From Naegleria gruberi (taxonomy: Eukaryota): a stretch of 64,000 nt of DNA. The translations under genes and the position numbers were made by a program. The DNA is taken from NCBI GenBank assembly GCA_000004985.1, contig GG738858.1; one strand, written 5' to 3'. Positions within the stretch are counted from its first letter, which is position 1; each line of letters begins with the position of its first letter. Shown here piece by piece: positions 11,494 through 22,400 of the stretch. The notes beneath the pieces are model-generated. The model ran no database searches and was not told the origin of the DNA. It saw only the letters and a list, made by a program, of their open reading frames with translations.

Positions 11494-12971
11494 TTATTGA
11501 ATACTCCTTGTTCTGTCATAATATTCTGTTGGATTGTTGTCTCCATTCAAAAGAGAACTTGATTCTTCCACAGTTTGGTCCAAAATAGCATCACTCATAT
11601 CCTTATCTCTTTTTGAACTCTTTGAAACGAATTTAGCTGATTCTTTGATTTTTCTCCAAGAAGGAATGGAAACTATCGCAATTCCAATAAAAATCAAAAA
11701 CATGCCAACAAATTCAATTATTGGAATATAGAATGGGATGTTTTCCCATTCTCCAAGGAATATGGCACCTTCTGCAACACCGAATATCTATTAAAATTTA
11801 GTAAATTAATCAAAATAAACTATTAATCTAAATAATTGAAATAATACGAACCGGCAAAAGGTAACCCACCAAAGATTGTTTTGTGCTTCCAATCTTCTTG
11901 ATTAGATAGAAGAAACAGACATAGGCAACACCAGTCGAAACAATTCCCAAATAGGCAACTGAAATCCAAGCAAGATAGTTGGCATGTTTGAAATAGCTCA
12001 AATGTCTTTCATCAATACCAAGATCATAAATCAAAACACCAAGTAAGGCAAAGAGTGAAGCTGAGAAAATTTGACCACAAGCAGTAAACAAACTTGGAAC
12101 ACCATCAAAATACTTTTTAGAAATCACAGAAGCAACACCATAGGAAGCAGCTGCAAGAGTAACAGTTACATAGCCAACTATTTGTCCATCATCTGGTGTT
12201 TCACCTATAATGACTTGCTGTAAACAAACCAAAATGACTCCACCAAAACCAACAATTAATCCCACTAATTTAAGAAAGGTAATTCTCTCCCCTTTCAATG
12301 TAAAATGGGCAATAAAGATGGAAAATAATGGAATGGAACTGTCGAGAATTGATGCAATACCTGAATTAATAGATTGTTCAGCAAATGCAACAAGAATGAA
12401 TGGCACAGCATTGTTGAAAAATCCCAATACCATCATCATCAAGATTGTCTTAATTCCTCTATGCTTGTTCACTTGTGTTCTAAATTCCTTGCTCTTCACA
12501 AAATTGAATATGAACAGCACTAACATGAATATTCCACCAATCAATAGACGCAAAAACACTACACTAAATGCACTGAAACCAAACTTTGGATCAACAGATA
12601 ATTTAATAACTGTTACTTTTGTTAGCATTCGAAATAATTTTCATCAACTTACATGAAACTATTTGACAGACACATTATCATGATAATTAGAATATATATA
12701 TTCAAATCAACTTACAAGCACTACCCCAGATAGCTCCTAGAAATATAAAAACAACAACACTGCCAAATGTACAACTTAAATTTTGAACAGGTTCCGATGT
12801 TGTTGGAGCAGCCTCCTCCTGCTGTTCTTCTCCACCAGCTTCCACATCATTTTCCGAATATTCTTGGTCATGATGTTGTTTTCTATAGACTTGAATTTGC
12901 TGTTGCAAGGCAGCTTCCTCTTCATTTTGATATCCTATCGAAGAGCTGTTGAAATTCTCTTGATTTTCCAT
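11494..12971 (-). CDS. EamA/DMT-superfamily transporter (about 10 TM), 3 exons: 12971-12716, 12609-about 11850, about 11787 (or 11771)-11494
   Basis: Exon 1 ends in a TM helix and a GTAAGT donor. Intron 1 (12715-12610, 106 nt) restores the frame into ORF 11828-12628. Exon 3 encodes the canonical EamA end, (IFGVAE)GAIFLGEWENIPFYIPIIEFVGMFLIFIGIAIVS. The last intron has two compatible solutions: GTTCGT...AATAG at 64 nt, or GTATTA...TTGCAG at 76 nt. Confidence 0.65.
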
Positions 12972-13252
12972 TGATGTTGTTGTTATTGATGACGTGAAAT
13001 TGTTTTTTTAAATCAAATATCGAACAATGGTATGTTGTCTATTATGATGTGGTAATGGTAATAATTGTTGCGACAATATTTTGATTTTTTTCAATCTCCT
13101 TGATTTTCTCAGTGCTTCTTCTTCTTCTTACTGTTGAAGAGTAGTTTCAGTTAAAGCTCTCAAGTGTTGGGTGGACTTCGGAGTTTTGTTTTTCTTCCCT
13201 TTGAGAAGAATCTTCACCATTAATTCATCCATGGTTTACAAATTTTTTCATC

Positions 13253-15593
13253 TCACTCTAAGCGTGAGTAGCTCACTTCGTCGTAGGCAAATCCTTCGGA
13301 TGGATGTTCATTTTCTATTGAGGATGTAATTGGTTGTTGTTGTATCATATCAGAAATGTCAATATGTTCATATGGTTGTACATTGGCTTGGAATGAGTTA
13401 TTGACAAATACTTGACGAAGAATTACCAGCTCCCTTTCTTTTAAATATCTTTTGATTCTTTTCCCAACACAAATCATGCACAATAATAGATAGATGACAC
13501 AATTGTAGGACTCGACAACAACCTTATTGGAAGGATATAGTGCATAAGAGACGGCAAAACCCAATCCTGTAAAACAAATGGAGAGTACATCATGGAGGAA
13601 GTAGCTGAAAAATCTTGTGGATATCCAGAATCCTGTCTGTGAAAGAGTAAGTCTCTGGACCAGGTAAAATATCATGAACAATACGGTTGGCACTCCGAAT
13701 GAGAGGAGGAGTATCAAGAATTTTGTAATCTTAAAGTGTGTTAGTCTCCTTTGAAAGTGGAGCACTTACCTTAAATTGAAATAAGGGAACCTTCAATCTG
13801 ATAAATATCTTGGCTCCATAAATTACCAGTAAAAGCATGATCATTACAAACATGAATGTTGTACAAGCATAGAAAATCATAATTCCATAGAATAAATGAA
13901 TTGATAATTCAAACGAGACAAATACAAGAGAACTAACTAGGATAAAGACCATGATCACTGAGAGTGGAATGACAATCGCTAGCGAAATGTTGTGACTATT
14001 CTTTTCAACTCGAATCATTGTATCGATCCATAATGCCAATACAAACAATAAACTCGAATAATAACCAGCGTATCCATTCACAATTAAGTGAATACTATGA
14101 ATTGAAAACCCAGTATCAAGGAATAAGGCATTCTCCACTAAAAAACTAATACTTCCCCAAACCAGTGTTATCGCAGAAATAAATCGAATATTAAATAATA
14201 TTCTCATCCAACTCTTTCCAATGGCAGAGGAAGCATTGTTCTTGTAGAAATAAACTCCCTTCCTTAGAACCTTGTTGATTTGCTTTGGTCCTCTCTTTCT
14301 AAATGCTTTGTGAAGTTTTGGGATTTCAATATTACTCTTTGATATTTTCAAAATTAGTTCCATAATACCTTGAACTGTGAGAGGAATGCAAATCAATAAT
14401 GCTGCTATTAAAAATACCAATAGCTCGAATGCTAAATAGATTTTTCTTAGAACGCCTGATTCGTAGGCAGGATACCACAAATCATTGTAGTAATCACATT
14501 TTGTGGCAATTCTAATAATTGAATCTGACTGAGTTACATTAACATCAGATCCTTGTTCAAGCAACGTGGCCCGTGATGGACAAAAGCAAAGACTATATCC
14601 TGTAAGGAAAAAAGAATAATCTCCAGCCATATTGTATGTGACAATTTTGCCAATACTACTCATTGGAACTCCTTCAAGATCTTCCTCAGTAGCTTCTGAT
14701 GATTCACAGGAGAATGGATAATCAATAGTCATACAGATATCTCTATTCTCAATAACAGGATCTTTTCTATAATCACGACAAGCTCTACAAGCTGAAAAAA
14801 CATCAACAAGTTCAAAGCCAAACGAAAAGTTATGATTGAAAGAGGGAATCATTTGATTGAGAAGTGCATTATACTCGTCAGAAATGAAATCATCTTCCTG
14901 TGGAATCAATTTTCTTGATTCAATACTTTCAATATACCTCGAAACAAAATAAAGTGTTAATCTCTTTCCAAAAAATTCATCCTGCTTAATGTCATCCAAA
15001 GATGTGGGTATCAATTCAGTTAGGTTAATTCCAAATTTCTTTTCCTGATTAAATAGTTTTTCCTTCTCCCCTTGAGAAAAACATAATAATTGATCGCACA
15101 CATCTCCTAAATTATCTTTGAAATCCAACTGATCACACACATATGTTTTCTCTCCATGTTGATAAGAAGCATCTTCATCTGGATCAAAAAGGGACAACAT
15201 TGGTCCATCAGGTATTTGTTGATATAATGCAGGACATGAAAGTGGATTTGGTTGCTCCTTAAACCTTATGGTCCATTCACTTTGATTATAGAGTGGAATG
15301 TAAATATTAGTCAATCTATCTAAAACAGATGTTGAATAATGATTCTTACTATCGGGAGCATACAAGTATTTTCTCCAGTGTTTTCCATAAATCATGTAAG
15401 GGCAAGACGAAGGTGATACTGTATTATTGAGTGCATCATCTTGCTGTTGAAGATTTTGTGATATCATTTCACTTTCAAATGTTGATGCAAAGCAACTAAC
15501 ACCATTGCTACTAATTTCACTAATATACAATGCTACTATTATTACAACAAGGAGGAAGATTGAATCATTCCGCACCTTTTGAACATTAAACAT
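13253..15593 (-). CDS. receptor-like multi-pass membrane protein: signal anchor, about 400-aa Cys-rich ectodomain, then 7-8 TM helices (GPCR-like candidate). Exon 1 15593-13770, intron 13769-13730 (40 nt, GTAAGT...TTTAAG), exon 2 13729-13253
   Basis: ORFs 13731-15608 and 13253-13765 join in frame as ...RLKVPLFQFK|ITKFLILLLSFGVPTVLF. The track start at 15608 is TTG; the first ATG is at 15593 and gives MFNVQKVRNDSIFLLVVIIVALYIS, a signal peptide or anchor. About 766 aa. Confidence 0.6.
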
Positions 15594-16053
15594 TCTCTGA
15601 TCAAACAATTCGTTTAATGATTTGACTCGAGTTGGTTGGATCTCTTCTTTTCATTAAGGCTAAAAAGCCGCTCCACAATAAACGATTAAAATTACGACCC
15701 CTTCCCTCCACAACAGTACAATAAAAGATGGATACTATAAAGTAGGGTTGCTGAAAAGATATTATCTCTTTTTTTTTTCTTTCTAAATTGGTGATTTTCA
15801 TGAGCGTGGAGTGCACAGAGGAGTGTAGGAGATTGTACAGAAAGAAACAAGTGAATTTCCAAGAGTGTGGTCGTATAATGCATGCATTGAATGGCCATAT
15901 TAGAGTACTGATAGAGTGTTATCTTGCTACTAGTTGGTTCCAATATCTGTCACTTCCAAAATGTCATAAAGCTCTCTTGCAAGGTGTTAGTTTTTTTAAA
16001 ACATTTTTAATTTAAAAATAAACTTTCAAAATGATTTTGAATCTGAAAAAAAA

Positions 16054-18345
16054 ATGAGCCATGACCAGGACGTTATGATGAGTGAAGGAAGAAATTCTGC
16101 CTCCGATGAAATTTCATCAAAGAAGAATATGGAAATCGGAAAGGAATTAAAATTAACGAGAATAATTGTCAAAGGATTACCATCACATGTAACAAATTCA
16201 CAGTTCAAAAAATTATTTGAAGAATTTGGACAAGTAACCGATGCCAAGATTATGCAAACCAAGACTGGTAAAAGTAGATGTTTTGGATATATAGGATATA
16301 AGAAACACGAGGAAGCTGTACATGCTATCAATGAAAGACATCAAACTTTTATTGGTATGGCTAAAATTATTGTGGAGTTTGCTTTGCCATATAATGATTC
16401 GAGATTAGATGCTCCAAGGAGTAAACATTCAAATGTTAAAGCAGCCACATCAGCATCAGGTGTTAAATCGAGTACTTTTGAAAAGAAGGACGTTAATGAA
16501 GAAGTGGACCAATTTCTTAATGTCGGAAAGAAAAAGGCATCAGCTCCTAAATTTTGGGAAAACGATCTTGAAGATGAATTTGATGATCAATTAAAGAAGG
16601 ATAAAATTATAAACGAGAAGGACGATAATAACGAATCAGCAACAAAGAAGAAACGTGAAGAGGACTCAAAGATAGAACCTGCAGAAAAGGAAGACGTTTT
16701 ATATTTTGATGAGAATGATGATGAAGATACTGGAAGATTGTTTGTTTACAATTTGCACTTTACAACAACAGAAGACGAATTGAAGGAATTATTTGAACCA
16801 TTTGGTGAAATTTCCGAATTACACATTCCAATTGATAATGAAACCAAAATCTCAAGAGGTGTTGCCTTTGTTCATTTCTTGATCCCAGAAAATGCTGACA
16901 AGGCCAAAAAGGCTCTCCATAACTCAATCTTCCAAGGAAGAATGATTCACATTGCCAAAGCTAAGGAGAAGCCAAACTTTAATGTAGAGAAGGAAAATAT
17001 GTTCTTGGGTAAATCAAAATTCAAAAGAGAACAACTCAAGAAATTGAGAGAACAAGCTGGATCATCACATAATTGGAATGCAACACATATGGCCACTAAT
17101 ACTGTCATGGAAAGTATGAGTAGACAACTAGGTGTATCAAAGAGCGAATTATTGATGAATAACAAGGATTTTTCAAATGTAGATGATAATGCTGCTGTGA
17201 GGATGGCCTTGGCAGAAACTGAACTTATCAAACAAACTAAGGAAGAACTCCAAGATCACGGTATTAATTTGGATTTATTGAATAAGCCTGCTAACCAAGT
17301 CAAACAATCTAGAACCACCATCCTCGTCAAGAATATTCCATTCAATGAAAATACTGAAAAACTGAAACAAGAACTCTATGATCTCTTTGCTTTCAAAACA
17401 AGAAGAATTTCCAGACTAATTATTCCATCATCAAGAACCATTGCTCTCATTGAATTTTATGAACCAGTTGAAGCAAGACAAGCATTCACTCACTTGGCTT
17501 ATAAGAATTTTTACAATGTTCCACTCTATCTTCAATGGGCTCCAGAAGGTGTTTTACCTCCAAAGAAAGAAGAAGAAAAGAAGGAGAAGAAGGAAGAGCA
17601 AGAAAAGAAGGAAGAAAAGAAGAAGGAAGGTCCAGTTAGAGTTGCTGATGAAGGTGACGATAATCAACAATCCACCGTCCTCTTTATCAAAAATCTTAAC
17701 TTTAAGACAACTGAAGACAGTCTCAGAGAATTATTCAAGAGTTATAATCCAAGATCTGTTCGTATTGTTGTTGAAAATGGTAAAAGCAAAGGTTTTGGTT
17801 TCGCTGAATTTAACAATGTTAAAGAAGCTGTTAAAGCACACGAGGAATTACACAATGCCCAATTAGATAACCACATCCTAGTTATTCACTACTCAAATAT
17901 TCAATCCAATGTAAAGACTTCAACAGAACCAAAACTCAAAAAGCAAGATGTTTCATTCAAGGATGAAGAAAAGGGTGTTACTGTTACCTTCAAAAAGTTG
18001 GTTGTCAGAAACGTTGCTTTCGAAGCTACTCGTCAAGATTTACTCCAATTGTTTAGTGCCTATGGTCAAGTTAAAACAGTTCGTTTACCAAAGAAGGTTG
18101 GTTCAAACTCTCACAGAGGTTTCGCTTTTATTGAATTTGTCTCACCAAAAGAATGTCATGCTGCCTACCAAGCTCTCAAACATAGTCACTTGTATGGCAG
18201 AACCTTAAAAATTGAATTCTCAGAAGATGTCAATATGGATAATATCAAAGATGTACATGCAAGACAAAAAGAAGATTATTTGGAAAAGGAATCATCGACA
18301 AGGAAGAATAGTTCAGGAAAACGTAAAAGAGATGCCTTCTTGTAA
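16054..18345 (+). CDS. multiple-RRM RNA-binding protein, MRD1/RBM19 orthologue (pre-rRNA processing)
   Basis: 763 aa with 5-6 RRMs. RNP motifs include KGFGFAEF, RGFAFIEF and RGVAFVHF. The MRD1-specific motif LYLQWAP is present. A K/E-rich linker lies between the RRMs. Confidence 0.85.
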   Translation: MSHDQDVMMSEGRNSASDEISSKKNMEIGKELKLTRIIVKGLPSHVTNSQFKKLFEEFGQVTDAKIMQTKTGKSRCFGYIGYKKHEEAVHAINERHQTFIGMAKIIVEFALPYNDSRLDAPRSKHSNVKAATSASGVKSSTFEKKDVNEEVDQFLNVGKKKASAPKFWENDLEDEFDDQLKKDKIINEKDDNNESATKKKREEDSKIEPAEKEDVLYFDENDDEDTGRLFVYNLHFTTTEDELKELFEPFGEISELHIPIDNETKISRGVAFVHFLIPENADKAKKALHNSIFQGRMIHIAKAKEKPNFNVEKENMFLGKSKFKREQLKKLREQAGSSHNWNATHMATNTVMESMSRQLGVSKSELLMNNKDFSNVDDNAAVRMALAETELIKQTKEELQDHGINLDLLNKPANQVKQSRTTILVKNIPFNENTEKLKQELYDLFAFKTRRISRLIIPSSRTIALIEFYEPVEARQAFTHLAYKNFYNVPLYLQWAPEGVLPPKKEEEKKEKKEEQEKKEEKKKEGPVRVADEGDDNQQSTVLFIKNLNFKTTEDSLRELFKSYNPRSVRIVVENGKSKGFGFAEFNNVKEAVKAHEELHNAQLDNHILVIHYSNIQSNVKTSTEPKLKKQDVSFKDEEKGVTVTFKKLVVRNVAFEATRQDLLQLFSAYGQVKTVRLPKKVGSNSHRGFAFIEFVSPKECHAAYQALKHSHLYGRTLKIEFSEDVNMDNIKDVHARQKEDYLEKESSTRKNSSGKRKRDAFL

Positions 18346-18481
18346 ATTTTATATTAACAGAATTGTAAATAAAAAAATATTTTCAAACTAATTGTTTTAA
18401 AGGCAAAAAATTGTTTGGCGCCAAAAACTACAATTTGTTCGTTTTTTATCAACCTCCCTCAAAAAACAAACTTTAAAAAAA

Positions 18482-19450
18482 ATGGCCCAATATCTGAAGG
18501 AGACTGTTGCTCCATTATTAGCTAAGGGAATTGCCGAATGTATTGAAGCTCAGCCTCAGGATCCAATAGAGTATCTGGGGTTATGGATGCTTCATCAACA
18601 ACAAAAAGAACAATTGCGGGAAAAGAGAAGGAAACAAGAAGAGGAAAATGAGAGAATTCTTAAGGAGTGGATGGAAACAAAAGGAAAATTATTGGAAAAA
18701 GCTGTGGAAAGAATACAAAACGTTGTCAGAGACTTTATTCACAGACAACGAAAGGATAAGGAAAGTGAACAAAGAAAAGTTGTTGCTTTGGAACAAATTT
18801 GGAAAGATTTAATGTCTAAAGCAGCTGTTGATCAAAAGATACAAGAAAATGAAGCTAAGGAACATTCAGAAGCTCTTGCTGAAAAAGAAAGAGTTGTTCA
18901 CGAAAAGATGTTCGAAGCATCAAAGGAATTTATCACCAAGTTAGAAAAGGATAGAATTACATTAATCAAGAAGGCATTTAGACCACCAACTTGTGTACCT
19001 AGAATAATTAAAGCTGTATTATTAGCCATAGGAGAGAACCCTAGAGACCTTAAAGATTGGAATATGGTTAAGGATAAAATAGGAACTCCAACTACATTTA
19101 TGAGAAAATTAATAGCTCTAGATCCTGTAACATGCCTCAATCAACCAACCAGGTTTAGAAGAATTCAAAATATAATGTCAAAGTGGGATCTCGAAACTGT
19201 AAAACAACAATCGACGGTTGCGTTCTTGCTATTCCAATGGCTGGCCAACTTAGTCTCATTCAGAGAAAGTTTGATACAAGTTAAGAAGGCAAGGAATGAA
19301 GAATTAGACGAGGAATCGGATCCAGATGCTTTGGAATTCTATGAGGATGATGAAAAGGATCCACCACAAGAAGTAGGATCTGAAGAAACACCCAAAGAAG
19401 ATAAACCACAAGACTCTGACGATGCTGACAATCAAGATGATGATGAATAA
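18482..19450 (+). CDS. Dpy-30/RIIa-like dimerisation-docking motif protein with coiled coil and acidic tail
   Basis: The N-terminal sequence LKETVAPLLAKGIAECIEAQPQDPIEYLGLWML matches the Dpy-30 motif (YL..TV.P.L..GL......P.dPIeFLA.yL). The central segment PPTCVPRIIKAVLLAIGE...DWNMVKDKIG resembles a motif in the dynein heavy-chain stalk. The ATG is behind an A-run. Confidence 0.5.
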   Translation: MAQYLKETVAPLLAKGIAECIEAQPQDPIEYLGLWMLHQQQKEQLREKRRKQEEENERILKEWMETKGKLLEKAVERIQNVVRDFIHRQRKDKESEQRKVVALEQIWKDLMSKAAVDQKIQENEAKEHSEALAEKERVVHEKMFEASKEFITKLEKDRITLIKKAFRPPTCVPRIIKAVLLAIGENPRDLKDWNMVKDKIGTPTTFMRKLIALDPVTCLNQPTRFRRIQNIMSKWDLETVKQQSTVAFLLFQWLANLVSFRESLIQVKKARNEELDEESDPDALEFYEDDEKDPPQEVGSEETPKEDKPQDSDDADNQDDDE

Positions 19451-19478
19451 ATATAATAGTTTATTAAATAACACTAGC

Positions 19479-22400
19479 TCACATTTCTCTTTTTATTTTT
19501 GTTGCTCTTTTTGGGATGGTCTTTGTTGGAGCTTCGTCATCTGACATTTCTGAATCCTCATCTGATTCTTCATCAGAATCAGCATCTTGATCTGACGCAA
19601 CGAATTCATCATCAGACTCTGAAGATGATTTTCTCTTTGTACCTCTCTTATTTCTATTGGAGGTTTTAGTTTTGGCTGGCTTTTCAGGAACTTCCTCATC
19701 AAAGCAAGCTGCCAATAAATCATAATGGCCTCCATCATCAGCAAGTGTATCTGGTGTATTTCCATCATTATTAGTAACATTCTTGTCACATCCCTGTTTC
19801 AATAGGAATTTGGCGAGAGGGGTAAATCCTTCTCTGCAAGCAATATGCAATGGAGTGTTACCTTCATCATTCTGAATATCCAATGATGCGCTATATTTGA
19901 GAAGAATTTCCAAAATAGCCAACTTTTCTTTGATAACAGCAGCTGTACTCTTATTATTATCAGGAGCCATACAGGCATAGTGAGCGAGAGTATCATTGGA
20001 TTGATCGCCTAGTTTGAGAATTTCACTAATTTCTGAAAACTCTCCACCATTGAATGTTTCAAAAGTGGACATGTACTCCAAGTATGATTTGAAAACTTCA
20101 AGCTTTCCTTCTTGAGAAGCAACCATCAAAACACTAGCACCTTGGTCAGTAAAGATCTTGTAATCTCTATCCTTTTCTATTGACGTATTTCTTTGCTCCA
20201 TTCTCAAAGATAATATTCTATTTAGCAAATCTACCAAAATATTTTCAGAAACAGCTTGTAACATGAATGATTCCAAACATTCAACTGGCAAGTCTCTAAT
20301 AAAGAATTTAGCTCTTTCAAGCAATTTTTCAGCATTAGGTGCTTCCTTTCTAATTTTACATGACGAGTCAATGTGTTGGAGAATCAACTCTATAGCTTCA
20401 CTATTTGAATGAATTATGGCATAGACAATAGGAATAGCCTTATTATTATCAGGCATTAAAATGTTAGCTCCCTTCTGAATGAGAAGAGTAACAACTTCAG
20501 AATAACCTTCTTCACATGCAACATGGAGAGGAGTCACAAGTGACTTGGCGGTTTGATGATTAATGAATACATCTGGATGTTCAACAATCTTGGTAATAAT
20601 CTCCATTGATAAACCTCCTTCAATAGCTAACATCAAAGCGCTTGGTCTATCCTCATCTACATAATCTAGAATAGTATCACTTGCAATATCAACTCCAGAT
20701 TCCAACATTTTCATGGCTAACTCTTCAAGTTTTTCAATAGAGGTATTGTAATCTGCTTGATTAATCTCTTTTTCATTTAAGAAGTGTTTTAAATCTTTGG
20801 AATTTCTTAAAAGTAGGATAATTGGAGAAACATTATTTCCATTAACGAAATTCTTGGACTCATTTGTTAACAAGTACTGAGAAGCATCATAGTTAGCAAA
20901 ACTGATAGAGACCATTAGTGGTGTATTCTTTTCAGCATCAAGTGCAAGAGGATCTGCTCCGACAGAAATTAATTTAGCACATGACTTGGCATACTTGTCT
21001 GAAATTGCACATTGGTGAAGTACTGTATATTTCTTTTCCTTATCCTGAGTCATAATGAGTTGTTTAAGTTGTTCAGCAGACAAGATCAAAGAAAGACTAT
21101 CAATCACACTGTCTAAATCTTCTATTGATTCCTTCTCAATAGCTACATGCAAGAAAGTTTTTCCACTTGAATCTAATTGTTGAACGTTAGCTCCATTGGC
21201 AATTAACCATTTAACAAGTAAAGTTGTGTCCTTAGGTAAGGATACACAATAATAGATCAAAGAAGCAGAACTACTGTCTGGAGAGTAATTCAAAATAGAA
21301 TCCTTCTTTTCTGGCATAACAGAAAGATATTGATTGAGGAAAGAAGTAGAAAATGATGATTCGGATTCAAGAATTTCTGTGAAAATAGTCTTGGAACTAA
21401 TAACATCACCATCTTCATCCTTTCTAATTATCAACTCTTTAAAGTTATTCTCAAAGTTATTATTCATCAAAGAGATGAGAATGTTGGCAGTCTTGTCATT
21501 TCTAGGAGCATTGTTAAAGAAGACAAGTAAGATTGGTGTCATTTCTTTGGCATTAGCAATCTTCAAGTAATTTTCAACATAATCTCCCTTTGAATAATAA
21601 TCTAAGAGTAGTTTTACACCTCCGCTATGTCTATTTTCAACTGCATAGTGCAAACATGTGTTTCCAAGAAGGTCGCGTGCACTCAAGATGCCTGTTAAAT
21701 TTCCTCTTTGTGCAAGCCTATCCAATACCATTTGCAAACAAATTGTAAGATCGTCAGAGTCTTTTTCTGGTGGACACAACATTAAACTGTGCAAAATTGA
21801 TTGTGACTTGTTGTTCTTTGCATCCAAAGAATGATTCTTTTCAATTAAATACTTGGCAACTTGAATATTTCCGTTCATGCAAGCAAGATGAAGTCCTGTA
21901 TTTGAATCAGTGTCAATTTGTAAAACTGGTTCTGGTGAAATGAGAGTACAAATTTCCAAACTACCAAAAGCACAAGCACAGAGGTAAGGTGTTAATTGTC
22001 TATCTTCGATGGATTGTTTGCTGATAGTTGGAAGTTCAGATGGAGATTGATCAACTCTCAACAAACTTTGGAATGAATAATTTAGCTTTTCAGAAGTGGT
22101 TGGCTTGGATTTACTTTGCTTTTGTTGAGCAGTAGTAAATCTAGCAGAAAGTAATAAGTTACGAGGGAAAATTTCAACAAATTTGTTAATAATTGGTAAG
22201 AGATTCTTCCTGTTGAACAATAGGGTTTGATAAATCATGTTCACAGATGGTGAAATAGATTCAGCATTAATCAGTCTGAGCACATAGTTTACGCAATCAA
22301 TATCTCCATATCTACAAGCGGCACAAGCTCCACTTATACCATCACAAATACTATCTGTCAATAAATCCAATCCAAGATTTTGAATCTTCTTCAATGTATC

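Noticed and set aside
17441-17866. ORF encoding a poly-K/R stretch (KKKKRRRRRRKSKKRRKKRRRK)
   Set aside because: It is the out-of-frame reading of the E/K-rich linker of the MRD1/RBM19 gene, whose own frame is conserved.
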